Shown in pieces: positions 19,799-28,756 of a stretch of DNA of 64,000 nt (position 1 is its first letter; each line of letters starts with the position of its first letter). This DNA is from Planctomycetota bacterium (GTDB lineage: Bacteria; Planctomycetota; JAJSAM01; JAJVHW01), in contig CBDFJG010000004.1 in the NCBI GenBank assembly GCA_965248445.1, positions 288,001-352,000 on the forward strand, written 5' to 3'. The translations under genes were made by a program, and so were the position numbers. The notes beneath the pieces were generated by a model, which had not been told where the DNA came from, did no database searches, and saw only the letters and a program-made list of their open reading frames with translations.

Positions 19799-21187
19799 TC
19801 AGGGTCGCTCGTCCTTCTCCATGCCCCGCCCGCCGTCGGCCGCCTTCTCGGATGTGTCCTCGAACGCGCCGTGCTTTCGCACCCAGTTCACGACCTCGTC
19901 CCGCATCAATCGTCCGGTGTCCTCGACCGGCAGGCTCTTGAGCCCGAAGTACTTGTCCACGTGGTCGCCCACGTACGAGTTCGTTGCGACCGTGTAGTCG
20001 TTCTCGGGCACGAGTTTGTCACCGAGTCGCTTCTTGGCGTATTCGGGAAGCTGGCTGCCCTTGAACGTGAGCTTCACCAGCGTGTTGTCGAAGGGCAGGA
20101 TCGTCCAGACGCTGCGGATCGTGATCTCGCCTGCCTCGACGTTGCCCCGGATGCCGCCCATGTTCTGGTAGCCGAAGTCGCAGCCGAGCAACTCCTTGTA
20201 GATGTGCTCGATCCGGGAACGGAGGCGCTTGCGATTGAGGCGCTTCTCGGTCTTCCCGATGATCTCGGCGACCTGGTCCTCGACCTTGCCCTCCCAGGCG
20301 GCGACGAGCTCCGCCACGCGCGGGTCGTTCGGCATCGACTTCTCGTCGTCCACGTTGACCAGGCGGTACGCGAACTCGGTGACCTTCTTCTCGACCGCGT
20401 CCCACGTGAGGTCGACGATGCCGACGCGCTGTCCGTAGCACCACGCCTGCACGATCTTCGTGCCGCCGATGGTCAGCGCTTCCTTCAGTTCGGTGTGCGT
20501 GTGACCGCCGACGATCAAGTCGATCCCGGGAACGGCGCCGGCGAGCGCAGCGTCGCCGTCCACGCCGACGTGTGTCAGCAGCACGAGGACGTCGCACTTC
20601 TCGCGGAGGGCGGGCGCGAGACGCTTCGCGGCCTCGACCGGGCTCTCGAACGTGCAGCCCTCGCTGGCGGCCTTCACCGTCAGTTGGGGAACGCCGTCCG
20701 TCAGCAGGCCGAGCACCCCGACGCGCACGCCTCCGACGTCGAACACCTTGTGCGGCGCGTCGCCGATCGACTTGCCCTCCGGGTCCTGCGCGTTCGCGCA
20801 GAGCAGCGGGAAGTCGGCGATCTCCTGGAACTCGCGCACGAGCTTCCATCCGTGATCGAACTCGTGGTTGCCGACCGCGGCGGCGTCGTAGCCCATGGCG
20901 CTCATGATCTCGAAGATAGGACGGCCCTTGAACACGGTCGAGACCGGTGTGCCGCTGATGCAGTCCCCGCCGTCGAGGAACAGCGTGTTGGGGTTCTTCC
21001 GGCGGGCCTCGCGAGCCACGGCCGCGATGGCAGCGGCCTTCTCCACGTGGCCGTGGAAGTCGTTGGTGTGGAGGATCTGCACCTTGCGCAGGCGGGGCGG
21101 CTCCTCCGCGCGAGTCGTCCGCGAGGTCGGAACCAGCGCCAGAAAGCCGCCCAGGAGGACGATCGTGAAGACGAGTCGCACGTGCAT
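19799..21187 (-). CDS. Exported bifunctional metallophosphatase / 5'-nucleotidase
   Basis: ILHTNDFHG, LDGGD, GNHEFD, LTHVG, GGHTH, NMGGIR, LPFDN. Confidence 0.92.
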   Translation of the reverse strand: MHVRLVFTIVLLGGFLALVPTSRTTRAEEPPRLRKVQILHTNDFHGHVEKAAAIAAVAREARRKNPNTLFLDGGDCISGTPVSTVFKGRPIFEIMSAMGYDAAAVGNHEFDHGWKLVREFQEIADFPLLCANAQDPEGKSIGDAPHKVFDVGGVRVGVLGLLTDGVPQLTVKAASEGCTFESPVEAAKRLAPALREKCDVLVLLTHVGVDGDAALAGAVPGIDLIVGGHTHTELKEALTIGGTKIVQAWCYGQRVGIVDLTWDAVEKKVTEFAYRLVNVDDEKSMPNDPRVAELVAAWEGKVEDQVAEIIGKTEKRLNRKRLRSRIEHIYKELLGCDFGYQNMGGIRGNVEAGEITIRSVWTILPFDNTLVKLTFKGSQLPEYAKKRLGDKLVPENDYTVATNSYVGDHVDKYFGLKSLPVEDTGRLMRDEVVNWVRKHGAFEDTSEKAADGGRGMEKDERP

Positions 21188-21304
21188 AGCGGAGAGGTTA
21201 GGCGCCCCGCTGGGCCGCCCGAAGCACGCTCGGACAGCGCGGGCATGGAGCCTGCCCCGATCCGAGACGGCTAGTTGACCAGGGCTGGGGTATGCTTCCG
21301 CGCA

Positions 21305-21937
21305 ATGAGACAGACACGCACACCCTGGCGGGTGGCCCTGCTCGTGCCCGCGCTCGCGGCGGCGCTCCTCCTGGGAGCCTGCGCCAGCGACGGCGGAGGG
21401 GAGAAATCCCCGGGCGACGGCTCCCACGTCGGCGCCGCGCTCGGCGGTTCCGAAGGCGGGTACGAGGGCCCGGGCGAGGCGGTCAGGGACAACGTCCGTG
21501 TCACGTGGCGCAACCTCGACGACCGCAATCCGGATGTCACCCAGAGCCTCGTCAACGCGAGTTCCGAGATGGGGCGCCAGCTCCGGAGCGGACGGACGAG
21601 CTCGACGTCCACACGGGTGCTGGCGGACACCGATATGGGAACGCTCATCGAAGAGCTCGACGACGTCGGGTTCTTCGACGAGGCGAAGTCCGGGCTGTCG
21701 CTCCAGAACGTCCCCGACCTCCCGGGCGCACGCGGGGTGGTGGTCGTGGAGCGAAACGGCCGCGCACAGGGCCTGCTCATGACGACCGGGCTGTCCGGTA
21801 CACGCGTCCCCGAGACGTACGTGAAGAGCAAGCAGCTCATCTTCTCTGTCCACTCCGCGGTGCAGGGCTACGAGGTTCGCGTCAACGTCGACGAGGACCG
21901 TGTGTTCCAGGCGCCGAGGGCGAGGTTGCGGCGTTGA
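21305..21937 (+). CDS. Lipoprotein, hypothetical
   Basis: Lipobox LLGAC; overlaps the kdsB start. Confidence 0.75.
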   Translation: MRQTRTPWRVALLVPALAAALLLGACASDGGGEKSPGDGSHVGAALGGSEGGYEGPGEAVRDNVRVTWRNLDDRNPDVTQSLVNASSEMGRQLRSGRTSSTSTRVLADTDMGTLIEELDDVGFFDEAKSGLSLQNVPDLPGARGVVVVERNGRAQGLLMTTGLSGTRVPETYVKSKQLIFSVHSAVQGYEVRVNVDEDRVFQAPRARLRR

Positions 21938-22725
21938 ACGACCCGGATCGCGCGAGCGGAGTGCTCGTCGTGATCCCGGCCCGGCTCGCCTCGACCCGCC
22001 TCCCGCGGAAGCCGCTGGCGGATGTCGGCGGGGACCCGCTCATCGTCCACGTGCTCCGCAACGCCCGCGGCATCGCGGGCGCGACGGCCGTCGTCGTCGC
22101 AACGGACTCGGAGGAGATCGCATCGGCGGTCCGCGCGGCCGGCGGTGAGGCGGTGCTGACGTCCGTGGACTGCGCCTCGGGAACCGATCGCGTCGCCGAA
22201 GTGGCTGCCGCCCGCGACGAGGAGATCGTGGTCAACGTCCAGGGCGACGAGCCGGAACTCCCGGCGGCGGACGTGGATCGACTGATCGCGACGATGAAAC
22301 GGGACTCGTCCCTCCGCATGGGTACCCTGGCCGCGCCGGCGGAAGAGGGCGAGTTCGAGCGCCCGTCCGTCGTGAAGGTGGTGTGTGACGGTGCGGGGCG
22401 GGCGGTGTCCTTCTCTCGCACGGTTGCGTCCGATCGGACTGCTCCCGCCCGTGGGCCCATGCAGCACGTGGGGCCCATGCGGCATGTGGGGGTCTACGCC
22501 TTCCGGCGGGCGGCACTGCTCGAGTTCGCGGCTCTCCCGCCGACAGAGCTCGAACGGACGGAGAGGCTGGAGCAACTCCGCGCGATCGAGCACGGGTGGA
22601 GCATCGCGGTCGTGGTGGGCGAGCGGGCTCCGGCAGGGATCGACACCGTCGCGGACCTCGAGGCGTTCCGCGAGCGGTGGACAGCGCACTCACAGCAGGG
22701 GCATTCACAGGAGAGGTCAGCGTGA
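21934..22725 (+). CDS. kdsB: 3-deoxy-manno-octulosonate cytidylyltransferase
   Basis: VIPARLASTRLPRKPL, SGTDRVAE, VNVQGDEP, HVGVYAF, ERLEQLR. Confidence 0.95.
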   Translation: MNDPDRASGVLVVIPARLASTRLPRKPLADVGGDPLIVHVLRNARGIAGATAVVVATDSEEIASAVRAAGGEAVLTSVDCASGTDRVAEVAAARDEEIVVNVQGDEPELPAADVDRLIATMKRDSSLRMGTLAAPAEEGEFERPSVVKVVCDGAGRAVSFSRTVASDRTAPARGPMQHVGPMRHVGVYAFRRAALLEFAALPPTELERTERLEQLRAIEHGWSIAVVVGERAPAGIDTVADLEAFRERWTAHSQQGHSQERSA

Positions 22726-24374
22726 ACGAGAGCTTCCCGAAGCAGATCTTCGTGACCGGAGGCGTGGTCAGCTCGCTCGGCAAAGGCCTGACGTGCGCCG
22801 CCCTCGGCATGTTGCTGGAGCATCACGGACTCAGGGTCGCGATGCAGAAGATGGACCCGTACATCAACGTCGATCCCGGAACGATGAACCCGTTCCAGCA
22901 CGGCGAGGTGTACGTGACGGCCGACGGCGCCGAGACCGACCTCGACCTAGGCCACTACGAGCGGTTCACGCACGCGACGATCAACCGGCACAGCAACTAC
23001 ACCACGGGCCAGATCTACAACTCGGTGATCGCCAAGGAGCGTCGCGGCGACTACCTCGGCGCGTGCATCCAGGTCATCCCGCACATCACGAACGAGATCA
23101 AGGCAGCCATCCGCTCCGCGCGGACCGACGCCGCCGACGTGGTCATCACCGAGATCGGCGGGACGATCGGCGACATCGAGTCGCTGCCGTTCATCGAGGC
23201 GATCCGTCAGCTCGGCATCGAAGAGGGCCGGGGCAACTGCCTCTTCATCCACCTCACGCTGCTGACGTACCTGCGCGCGGCCCGCGAGCTGAAGACCAAG
23301 CCGACGCAGCAGAGCGTGGGCAAGCTGCGTGAGATCGGAATCATCCCGGACATCCTGGTGTGCCGCACCGAGCACCCGATGACCGGCGAGATCCGGTCGA
23401 AGCTCTCGTTGTTCTGCAACGTCCCGGCCGAGGCGGTCATCGAAGAGATGGACGTCAAGGACACGATCTACGAGTTGCCGCTGATGCTCCACGAGCAGGG
23501 ACTCGACTCGCTTGTGCTCGACAAGCTCGGTCTCGAGTCTCGCGTCGAGCGCGCGGAGTTTCCCGAGTGGAAGCGCGTCGTCGAGACGGCCCGCCGGCCA
23601 CAGCGCGAAGTCACGATCGCCGTGGTGGGCAAGTACATCGATCTGCACGATGCGTACAAGTCGATCTACGAGGCGCTCTCCCACGGCGGACTGGCGAACC
23701 AGGCGAACGTGGTCATCCGGAAGGTCAACTCCGACCGGCTCGACGCGGCCACACTCGACGAGACGTTCGCCGGAGTGGGCGGGCTGCTGATCCCCGGGGG
23801 GTTCGGCGAGCGCGGGGTCGAAGGCAAGATCGACGCGGCCCACTGGGCAGCGGAGAACGGCGTGCCGTACTTCGGGATCTGTCTCGGCATGCAGTGCGCC
23901 ACGATCTTCGCCGCGCGGAAGCTCGTCGGGCTCGAGGACGCGTACTCCCGCGAGTTCGACGAGAACTGCGCGGCGCCGGTCATCGACCTGATGGCCGACC
24001 AGAAGAAGGTCACCAAGAAGGGCGGGACGATGCGGCTCGGCAGCTATCCGTGCCGGGTCGAGCCCGACAGCATCGCCGGACGGGCGTACGGCGAGGAGGT
24101 CGTCCACGAACGGCACCGCCACCGCTTTGAGTACAACAACGCGTACCGGGAGCGCCTGGTCGAGGCTGGATTGCGGAACACGGGCGTCTACGAGGAGGCG
24201 GATCTGGTCGAGATCGTCGAGCTCGAAGGGCACCCGTGGTTCGTCGGCGTCCAGTTCCACCCGGAGTTCCAGAGCAAGCCGACGGAGCCGCATCCGCTGT
24301 TCGCGTCGTTCGTCGCTGCTGCCTGCGAGCGGAAGAGTGCGCCCACACAGCACGCGGCGCAGACCTCCGCGTGA
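22722..24374 (+). CDS. pyrG: CTP synthase
   Basis: IFVTGGVVSSLGKG, DPGTMNPFQHGEV, KTKPTQQS, GICLGMQ, QFHPEF. Confidence 0.98.
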   Translation: MNESFPKQIFVTGGVVSSLGKGLTCAALGMLLEHHGLRVAMQKMDPYINVDPGTMNPFQHGEVYVTADGAETDLDLGHYERFTHATINRHSNYTTGQIYNSVIAKERRGDYLGACIQVIPHITNEIKAAIRSARTDAADVVITEIGGTIGDIESLPFIEAIRQLGIEEGRGNCLFIHLTLLTYLRAARELKTKPTQQSVGKLREIGIIPDILVCRTEHPMTGEIRSKLSLFCNVPAEAVIEEMDVKDTIYELPLMLHEQGLDSLVLDKLGLESRVERAEFPEWKRVVETARRPQREVTIAVVGKYIDLHDAYKSIYEALSHGGLANQANVVIRKVNSDRLDAATLDETFAGVGGLLIPGGFGERGVEGKIDAAHWAAENGVPYFGICLGMQCATIFAARKLVGLEDAYSREFDENCAAPVIDLMADQKKVTKKGGTMRLGSYPCRVEPDSIAGRAYGEEVVHERHRHRFEYNNAYRERLVEAGLRNTGVYEEADLVEIVELEGHPWFVGVQFHPEFQSKPTEPHPLFASFVAAACERKSAPTQHAAQTSA

Positions 24375-24640
24375 GTGGCGACGCCCCTCCGGATCTCCCC
24401 AAGCCGTCGTTCGAAGTCCTCGTGCAAGTACTCGCGACACCGTGCTTCGTGCACTTGGGCTTGATGGAGAATCCTGCGACGGGGAAGCGCGAGAAGGACC
24501 TTTCGCAGGCGCGTTGGGCGCTCGATCTCTTGCACGTCGTCGAAGAAGTGACGAAGGACAACCTGTCCGCTGAACAGAACGAACTGCTCGAGCGCATGTT
24601 GCACGAACTGCGCGGCGCGTACATGTCCGCGCGCGACTGA
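24371..24640 (+). CDS. DUF1844-domain protein
   Basis: PSF...LGLMENP...DLSQARWALDLL..VEEVTKDNLS..LLERMLHELRGAY. Confidence 0.8.
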   Translation: MSGDAPPDLPKPSFEVLVQVLATPCFVHLGLMENPATGKREKDLSQARWALDLLHVVEEVTKDNLSAEQNELLERMLHELRGAYMSARD

Positions 24641-24997
24641 GCGCGCAGCGGATTGCGCTCCAGCGCCGCAGCGATACACTCTCTCTGCGATTGCGCGGCA
24701 CCGGCACCCGCCTTCGCACTGGTGTTGGACGTTGATGTTGAGCCCGGTGTTCTACTGAGCTCGGTGTTGGTTACTGAACCCTGTTGTTGATCGCGGGCGA
24801 GGAACGCGTAACTGTGCCGTCACATCTCTTGTCAGCGCTGCTGGGGACGACGTGCTGCTGCGACGTCACGGAGATGACACGCAGTAAGCACGCGACGCGA
24901 ACGCTGTCCCCGGTCCGTGGTCAGATCACGTTGCGTAGATGCGCGCTCGCTTACCCCCTTGCCGCCGCAAGGCTTCGGTTGTACAGTGCCTCCACAT

Positions 24998-25026
24998 GTA
25001 GTGGTGTTATCCGATAACTCCACTAC
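24998..25026. promoter_or_regulatory. 29-bp near-perfect palindrome upstream of the sigma-28 gene, containing CCGATAA
   Basis: GTAGTGGTGTTATC-C-GATAACTCCACTAC (13/14 arm match). Confidence 0.55.
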
Positions 25027-25130
25027 CGGCCGTTGCCAAGACAGCAGCAGATCGGCGAGAGAGGAACCAGCACGCACGCGAAGAGCGCGTCGCGCGGATC
25101 GATCAACTGCGGGGCGGGCAGATCAAGTTC

Positions 25131-25970
25131 GTGACCGACGGCCCGACTAGGACGGTCAAGGGCAGGACGGTCGAACAAGGACTGTGGAGACGACGTTTGG
25201 TCCAGAAGACTCCCGAACTCCAAGCCATGTGGGAGGAGTACAAGCGCACGGAGAAGGTCGATCTGCGCAACCGCCTCGTCGAGGCGTACCTCCCACTTGT
25301 GGACTACCTGGCAGAGCGCATCTCTGAGCGCCTGCCCCGCTGCGTCGGACTGGACGAGGTTCGCAGCGCCGGTGTCCTGGGACTCCTGGATGCCGTCCAG
25401 GGCTTCGACCTCTCGCGAGGGATCAAGTTCGAGACGTACTGCTCGCTGCGCGTGCGCGGCAGCATCCTTGACGAGTTGCGGTCGCGCGACTGGGCGCCTC
25501 GGCTCGTGCGCAGCCGCGCGCAGAAGTTCGGGGTGGCCGTGCTCGAACTGCAGTCCCGGCTGGGCCGCAAGCCGACGCCCGGCGAGATCATGTCCGAGCT
25601 GAAGCTCACCCCGGAGGAGCTGGAGAAGGTCCAGGGGGACGTCTCCCGCCTCGCGATCTATTCGCTCTCCCAGACCGACGATTCGTCGCGCGAGGGCGAC
25701 GGCCCCTCGCGGTCGCAGTTCCTGGTGGACAGCCGCCACCCCGATCCGTCCGAGGAGCTGCAACTCCAGGAGGCGACCGGGGTCGTGTTCGGCGAGCTCG
25801 AGACCCGCGAGCGGTCCGTCCTGGAGCTGTATTACTTCCAGGGGCTCACGATGAAGGAGATCGGGGAGCGCCTGCAGCTCTCGGAGAGCCGCGTCTGCCA
25901 GATCCACGGCCAGGCGGTGGCCCGGGTGCGCGGCGAGCTGAGCGAACGCTCCGACGAGCTGATCGCGTAG
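25131..25970 (+). CDS. FliA/WhiG-family (sigma-28) RNA polymerase sigma factor
   Basis: RNRLVEAYLPLV, RGIKFETY...RGSILDELRSRDWAPR, LYYFQGLTMKEIG..SESRVCQIH; start uncertain. Confidence 0.93.
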   Translation: MTDGPTRTVKGRTVEQGLWRRRLVQKTPELQAMWEEYKRTEKVDLRNRLVEAYLPLVDYLAERISERLPRCVGLDEVRSAGVLGLLDAVQGFDLSRGIKFETYCSLRVRGSILDELRSRDWAPRLVRSRAQKFGVAVLELQSRLGRKPTPGEIMSELKLTPEELEKVQGDVSRLAIYSLSQTDDSSREGDGPSRSQFLVDSRHPDPSEELQLQEATGVVFGELETRERSVLELYYFQGLTMKEIGERLQLSESRVCQIHGQAVARVRGELSERSDELIA

Positions 25971-26058
25971 CGCGGTACGAGGGATCGCGGAGCGCTCCTC
26001 GCTCGCGGGCGCCGCACCCTGCCGCGAGGCAGTCCGGTGTGCGTGCGCCGACGGGCGG

Positions 26059-26247
26059 CGCGAGCTCGCGGGCGGGGCAGCGCCCCGCCCCTACAGCAGG
26101 CTCGCTCGTGTCGCGCGCATGCGAAGGGCGGGGTGGTCGCGTAGCGAGCACCGTGCCCGTAGCCTTCGTAGCGTCCGGAGGACGCGTAGGAGGGAGACAT
26201 AGAGCGCAGCGCGTCACGCGGATCGCTTCGCGATCCGCGTGACGCAG
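26059..26247. repeat. Structured dispersed repeat (REP/BIME-like), copy 2
   Basis: Perfect GTAG-GGGCGGGGC-GCT-GCCCCGCCC hairpin (26070-26094, minus strand); 16-bp-stem hairpin at 26211-26245. Confidence 0.85.
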
Positions 26248-27015
26248 CTAAACGAGTCCGCGGCGGCGGACGGCTTCCCAGAGGTTCGTGAGGGCGCGCT
26301 TGTGGATCTGTGAGATCCGGCCCTCAGTGACACCCAGGACCTCGGCGATCTCGCGGAGCAGGAGGCCGTCGGCGTAGTACATGGCGACGACCCGGCGGTC
26401 GTTGCGGCGGAGCTTCAACATCTCTTCGCGCACCACGGCCACGGCCTCGTCGATCAGAAGGCGGCCGGCGACGCTCGCGCTGCGCGGGTCCTCGATCACG
26501 CCCGCGAGGGAACCCTCGGCGCGCTCCTCGTCGATCGACACGCAGCTGGCCGCGTGCCGCACCGTGAGGGCGTCGCGCGCCTCCCGGTCGGTCAGCCCGG
26601 CCTCCGCGGCGAGGGTGTGCTCGGGCACTGCGCCGCCGTACGTCTCGGCCAGTCGCGAGCGCGCCTTCTCGAGCCTCGTCACGCGCTCTCGCGTCGGTCG
26701 GGCCAGCGGGTCCATGTCCCGCAGAGCGTCCAGCACCGCGCCGCGGACGCTGCAGCCGGCGAACGTGCTGAACGCCACTCCGCGCTCCTCGTCGAAGCGC
26801 TCAGCCGCTCGGATCAGACCCTCGTAGCCGGCGGAGATCAACTCCTCGGAGTCGACGTGCGGCGGCAGCCGGCGCGCCATCCGGCGGACGATGTGGGGCA
26901 CCAGCGCGAGGTGGTCCTCGACCAGCCGGTTACGCGCCGCCGTGTTCCGCCTCTTCGGTGCTGCCTTGCGGCGGCTCGTGACTGATGTTGCAGCTGGCAT
27001 GTCGAGAACTCCCAT
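26248..27015 (-). CDS. Second FliA/WhiG-family sigma factor
   Basis: RNRLVEDHLALV, RGVAFSTFA..RGAVLDALRDMD, YYADGLLLREIAEVLGVTEGRISQIH. Confidence 0.9.
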   Translation of the reverse strand: MGVLDMPAATSVTSRRKAAPKRRNTAARNRLVEDHLALVPHIVRRMARRLPPHVDSEELISAGYEGLIRAAERFDEERGVAFSTFAGCSVRGAVLDALRDMDPLARPTRERVTRLEKARSRLAETYGGAVPEHTLAAEAGLTDREARDALTVRHAASCVSIDEERAEGSLAGVIEDPRSASVAGRLLIDEAVAVVREEMLKLRRNDRRVVAMYYADGLLLREIAEVLGVTEGRISQIHKRALTNLWEAVRRRGLV

Positions 27016-27370
27016 GAACGGCGAGGTTGTTCGCCGCGGGGGAGGCGCGAGGGGCGTGCCGCGCGCTCGCCGAGCCTGGAGCTCGGTGGCAATGGCCAGA
27101 CGGTCGTCGCGTTCTTCGACAGGTGTCGAGATCCACGACGTCGCACCGCGCAGAGCGCAGGCGCTGTCCCAGCGATTCGCGGGGTGGGGGCGGTCGGTCC
27201 GCGGCGTTCGCCTCTCAAGCGGGAGATCGGCAGGACCCGACCAGCGTTATAGGGGCGGCCCCCGAAGCGGGCGCCTCGACTGGCTCGGAGACCGAAACGA
27301 TGAATCCCGACCCCTGCTGCCACAGGTCCTCTGCCGACGAGGATCTCCCCGATGTCCCCCCGTCCGCGTG

Positions 27371-27577
27371 ATGCGCGACGTGCTCCACTTCGTGAACAAC
27401 GTCGCCGCCCGCGTGATGTTGCGCTGCGAGACTGCGCTCGAGGAGGGCGACCCCGACGGGAACGTCGCCGCCCTCCGTGCCGCCGTGGAGTCGGCGGAGG
27501 AGCTCGGCTGCTACGTGCGGAGCGTGCGCGCGGACGTCAAGGACCGCCGCCGCGGCGCACCCAGCGTCAGCGCATAG
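27371..27577 (+). CDS. Small hypothetical protein with a HisKA H-box-like helix
   Basis: MRDVLHFVNNVAARVMLRCETALEE; GC3-rich codons. Confidence 0.5.
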   Translation: MRDVLHFVNNVAARVMLRCETALEEGDPDGNVAALRAAVESAEELGCYVRSVRADVKDRRRGAPSVSA

Positions 27578-27620
27578 CGGTTCGACAGACGACGCGCCGT
27601 AGACCGCGAACGCGAGCTAG

Positions 27621-27895
27621 CAGCGTGTTGAACAACTCGGCGGGCCACCACCTCGCAACGTGCGGCTTCGGGCTGCGCCCGCGTCGGCAACCTGAGCTCT
27701 GCGTTTGCGCGCGGCGCTCAGGTGGGGCGACGAGCAGCCGCAAGTTGCTCGTCCGCAAGCGGTTGCGTCCGGCAGCGCCGCCTGCTGCGTTGCCGGCACT
27801 CAGCGACGCTTCGGCGTCGACGTTCGTGCCTCTGCGCCTTGCGTGCGGTACCGCCGGACCCAATCGTGGCTCGCGCCGACTTCTTCAACACACTG
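27621..27895. mobile_element. MITE (275 bp, non-autonomous) with CTAG target duplication
   Basis: TIRs CAGCGTGTTGAACAACTCGGCG and CGCCGACTTCTTCAACACACTG (19/22); CTAG at 27617-27620 and 27896-27899. Confidence 0.85.
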
Positions 27896-28756
27896 CTAGG
27901 TCTGGTGGCCGAGGGCGCGCCGTATAGCGAGCACGTCGCGCAGTAGATCCGGCACCGTCGTGAGGTCGAGATTGTTCGGCCCGTCCGACAGCGCGTTGTC
28001 CGGATCGTCGTGGCACTCGAGGAACAGACCGTCCACGCCGGCGGCCACGGCGGCGCGGACGAGGTAGGGGACCACTTCGCGGTCTCCTCCGCTCGCGGTT
28101 CCGAGCCCCCCGGGCCGCTGCGCGCTGTGGGTTCCGTCCATCACCACAGGACAACCGGTCGCGGCCATGATGGGCAGCCCGCGCATGTCGACCACGAGGT
28201 TGCGGTACCCGAACGTTGTGCCCCGCTCCGTCAGCAGGATGCGATCACCACCCGACTCCTCGAGCTTCGCCACGACGTTCGTCATGTCCTCGGGCGCGAG
28301 GAACTGGCCCTTCTTCACGTTGACGACCTTGCCGCTCTCCGCGCAGGCCGCGAGCAGGTCCGTCTGCCGGCAGAGGAACGCCGGAACCTGCAGGATGTCG
28401 AGCACCTCCGCGGCGCGCGCCACTTGCGCCGTCTCGTGCACGTCGCTGATGACCGGGACACCGAGCTCCGCGCGGACCTCACCGAGGATGCCGAGCGCAC
28501 GATCCACGCCGAGTCCTCGGAAGCTCGCGTGTGACGACCGATTGGCCTTGTCGTAGCTCGCCTTGAAAACGAACGGCACACCGGCCTCGCCGCAGATGTC
28601 CTGGAGGATCCGCGCGATCGTGAACGTCTTCTCGCGGCTCTCCACGACGCAGGGTCCGCCGAGCAGGAAGAGTGGGTGCCCCCGGCCCATACTGATCTCC
28701 CCGCCGCCCGGCTTCGCGAGCGTGACGGTGCGGGGCGGGTTCGGTGCAGGGGTCAT
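27896..28756 (-). CDS. kdsA: KDO-8-phosphate synthase
   Basis: GPCVVES, FKASYDKANRSS, QVPAFLCRQTDL, NVKKGQF, ERGTTFGY, DGTHS. Confidence 0.97.
   Translation of the reverse strand: MTPAPNPPRTVTLAKPGGGEISMGRGHPLFLLGGPCVVESREKTFTIARILQDICGEAGVPFVFKASYDKANRSSHASFRGLGVDRALGILGEVRAELGVPVISDVHETAQVARAAEVLDILQVPAFLCRQTDLLAACAESGKVVNVKKGQFLAPEDMTNVVAKLEESGGDRILLTERGTTFGYRNLVVDMRGLPIMAATGCPVVMDGTHSAQRPGGLGTASGGDREVVPYLVRAAVAAGVDGLFLECHDDPDNALSDGPNNLDLTTVPDLLRDVLAIRRALGHQT

Noticed and set aside
24989..25004. NrdR box (CTCCACATGTAGTG)
   Set aside because: Single imperfect match, no nrd genes nearby, and it overlaps the larger palindrome that better explains the sequence
24641..27300. c-di-GMP riboswitches ahead of the two intact sigma-28 genes
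   Set aside because: No GGCAAA...GAAA...GCAAA architecture seen in either upstream region by eye
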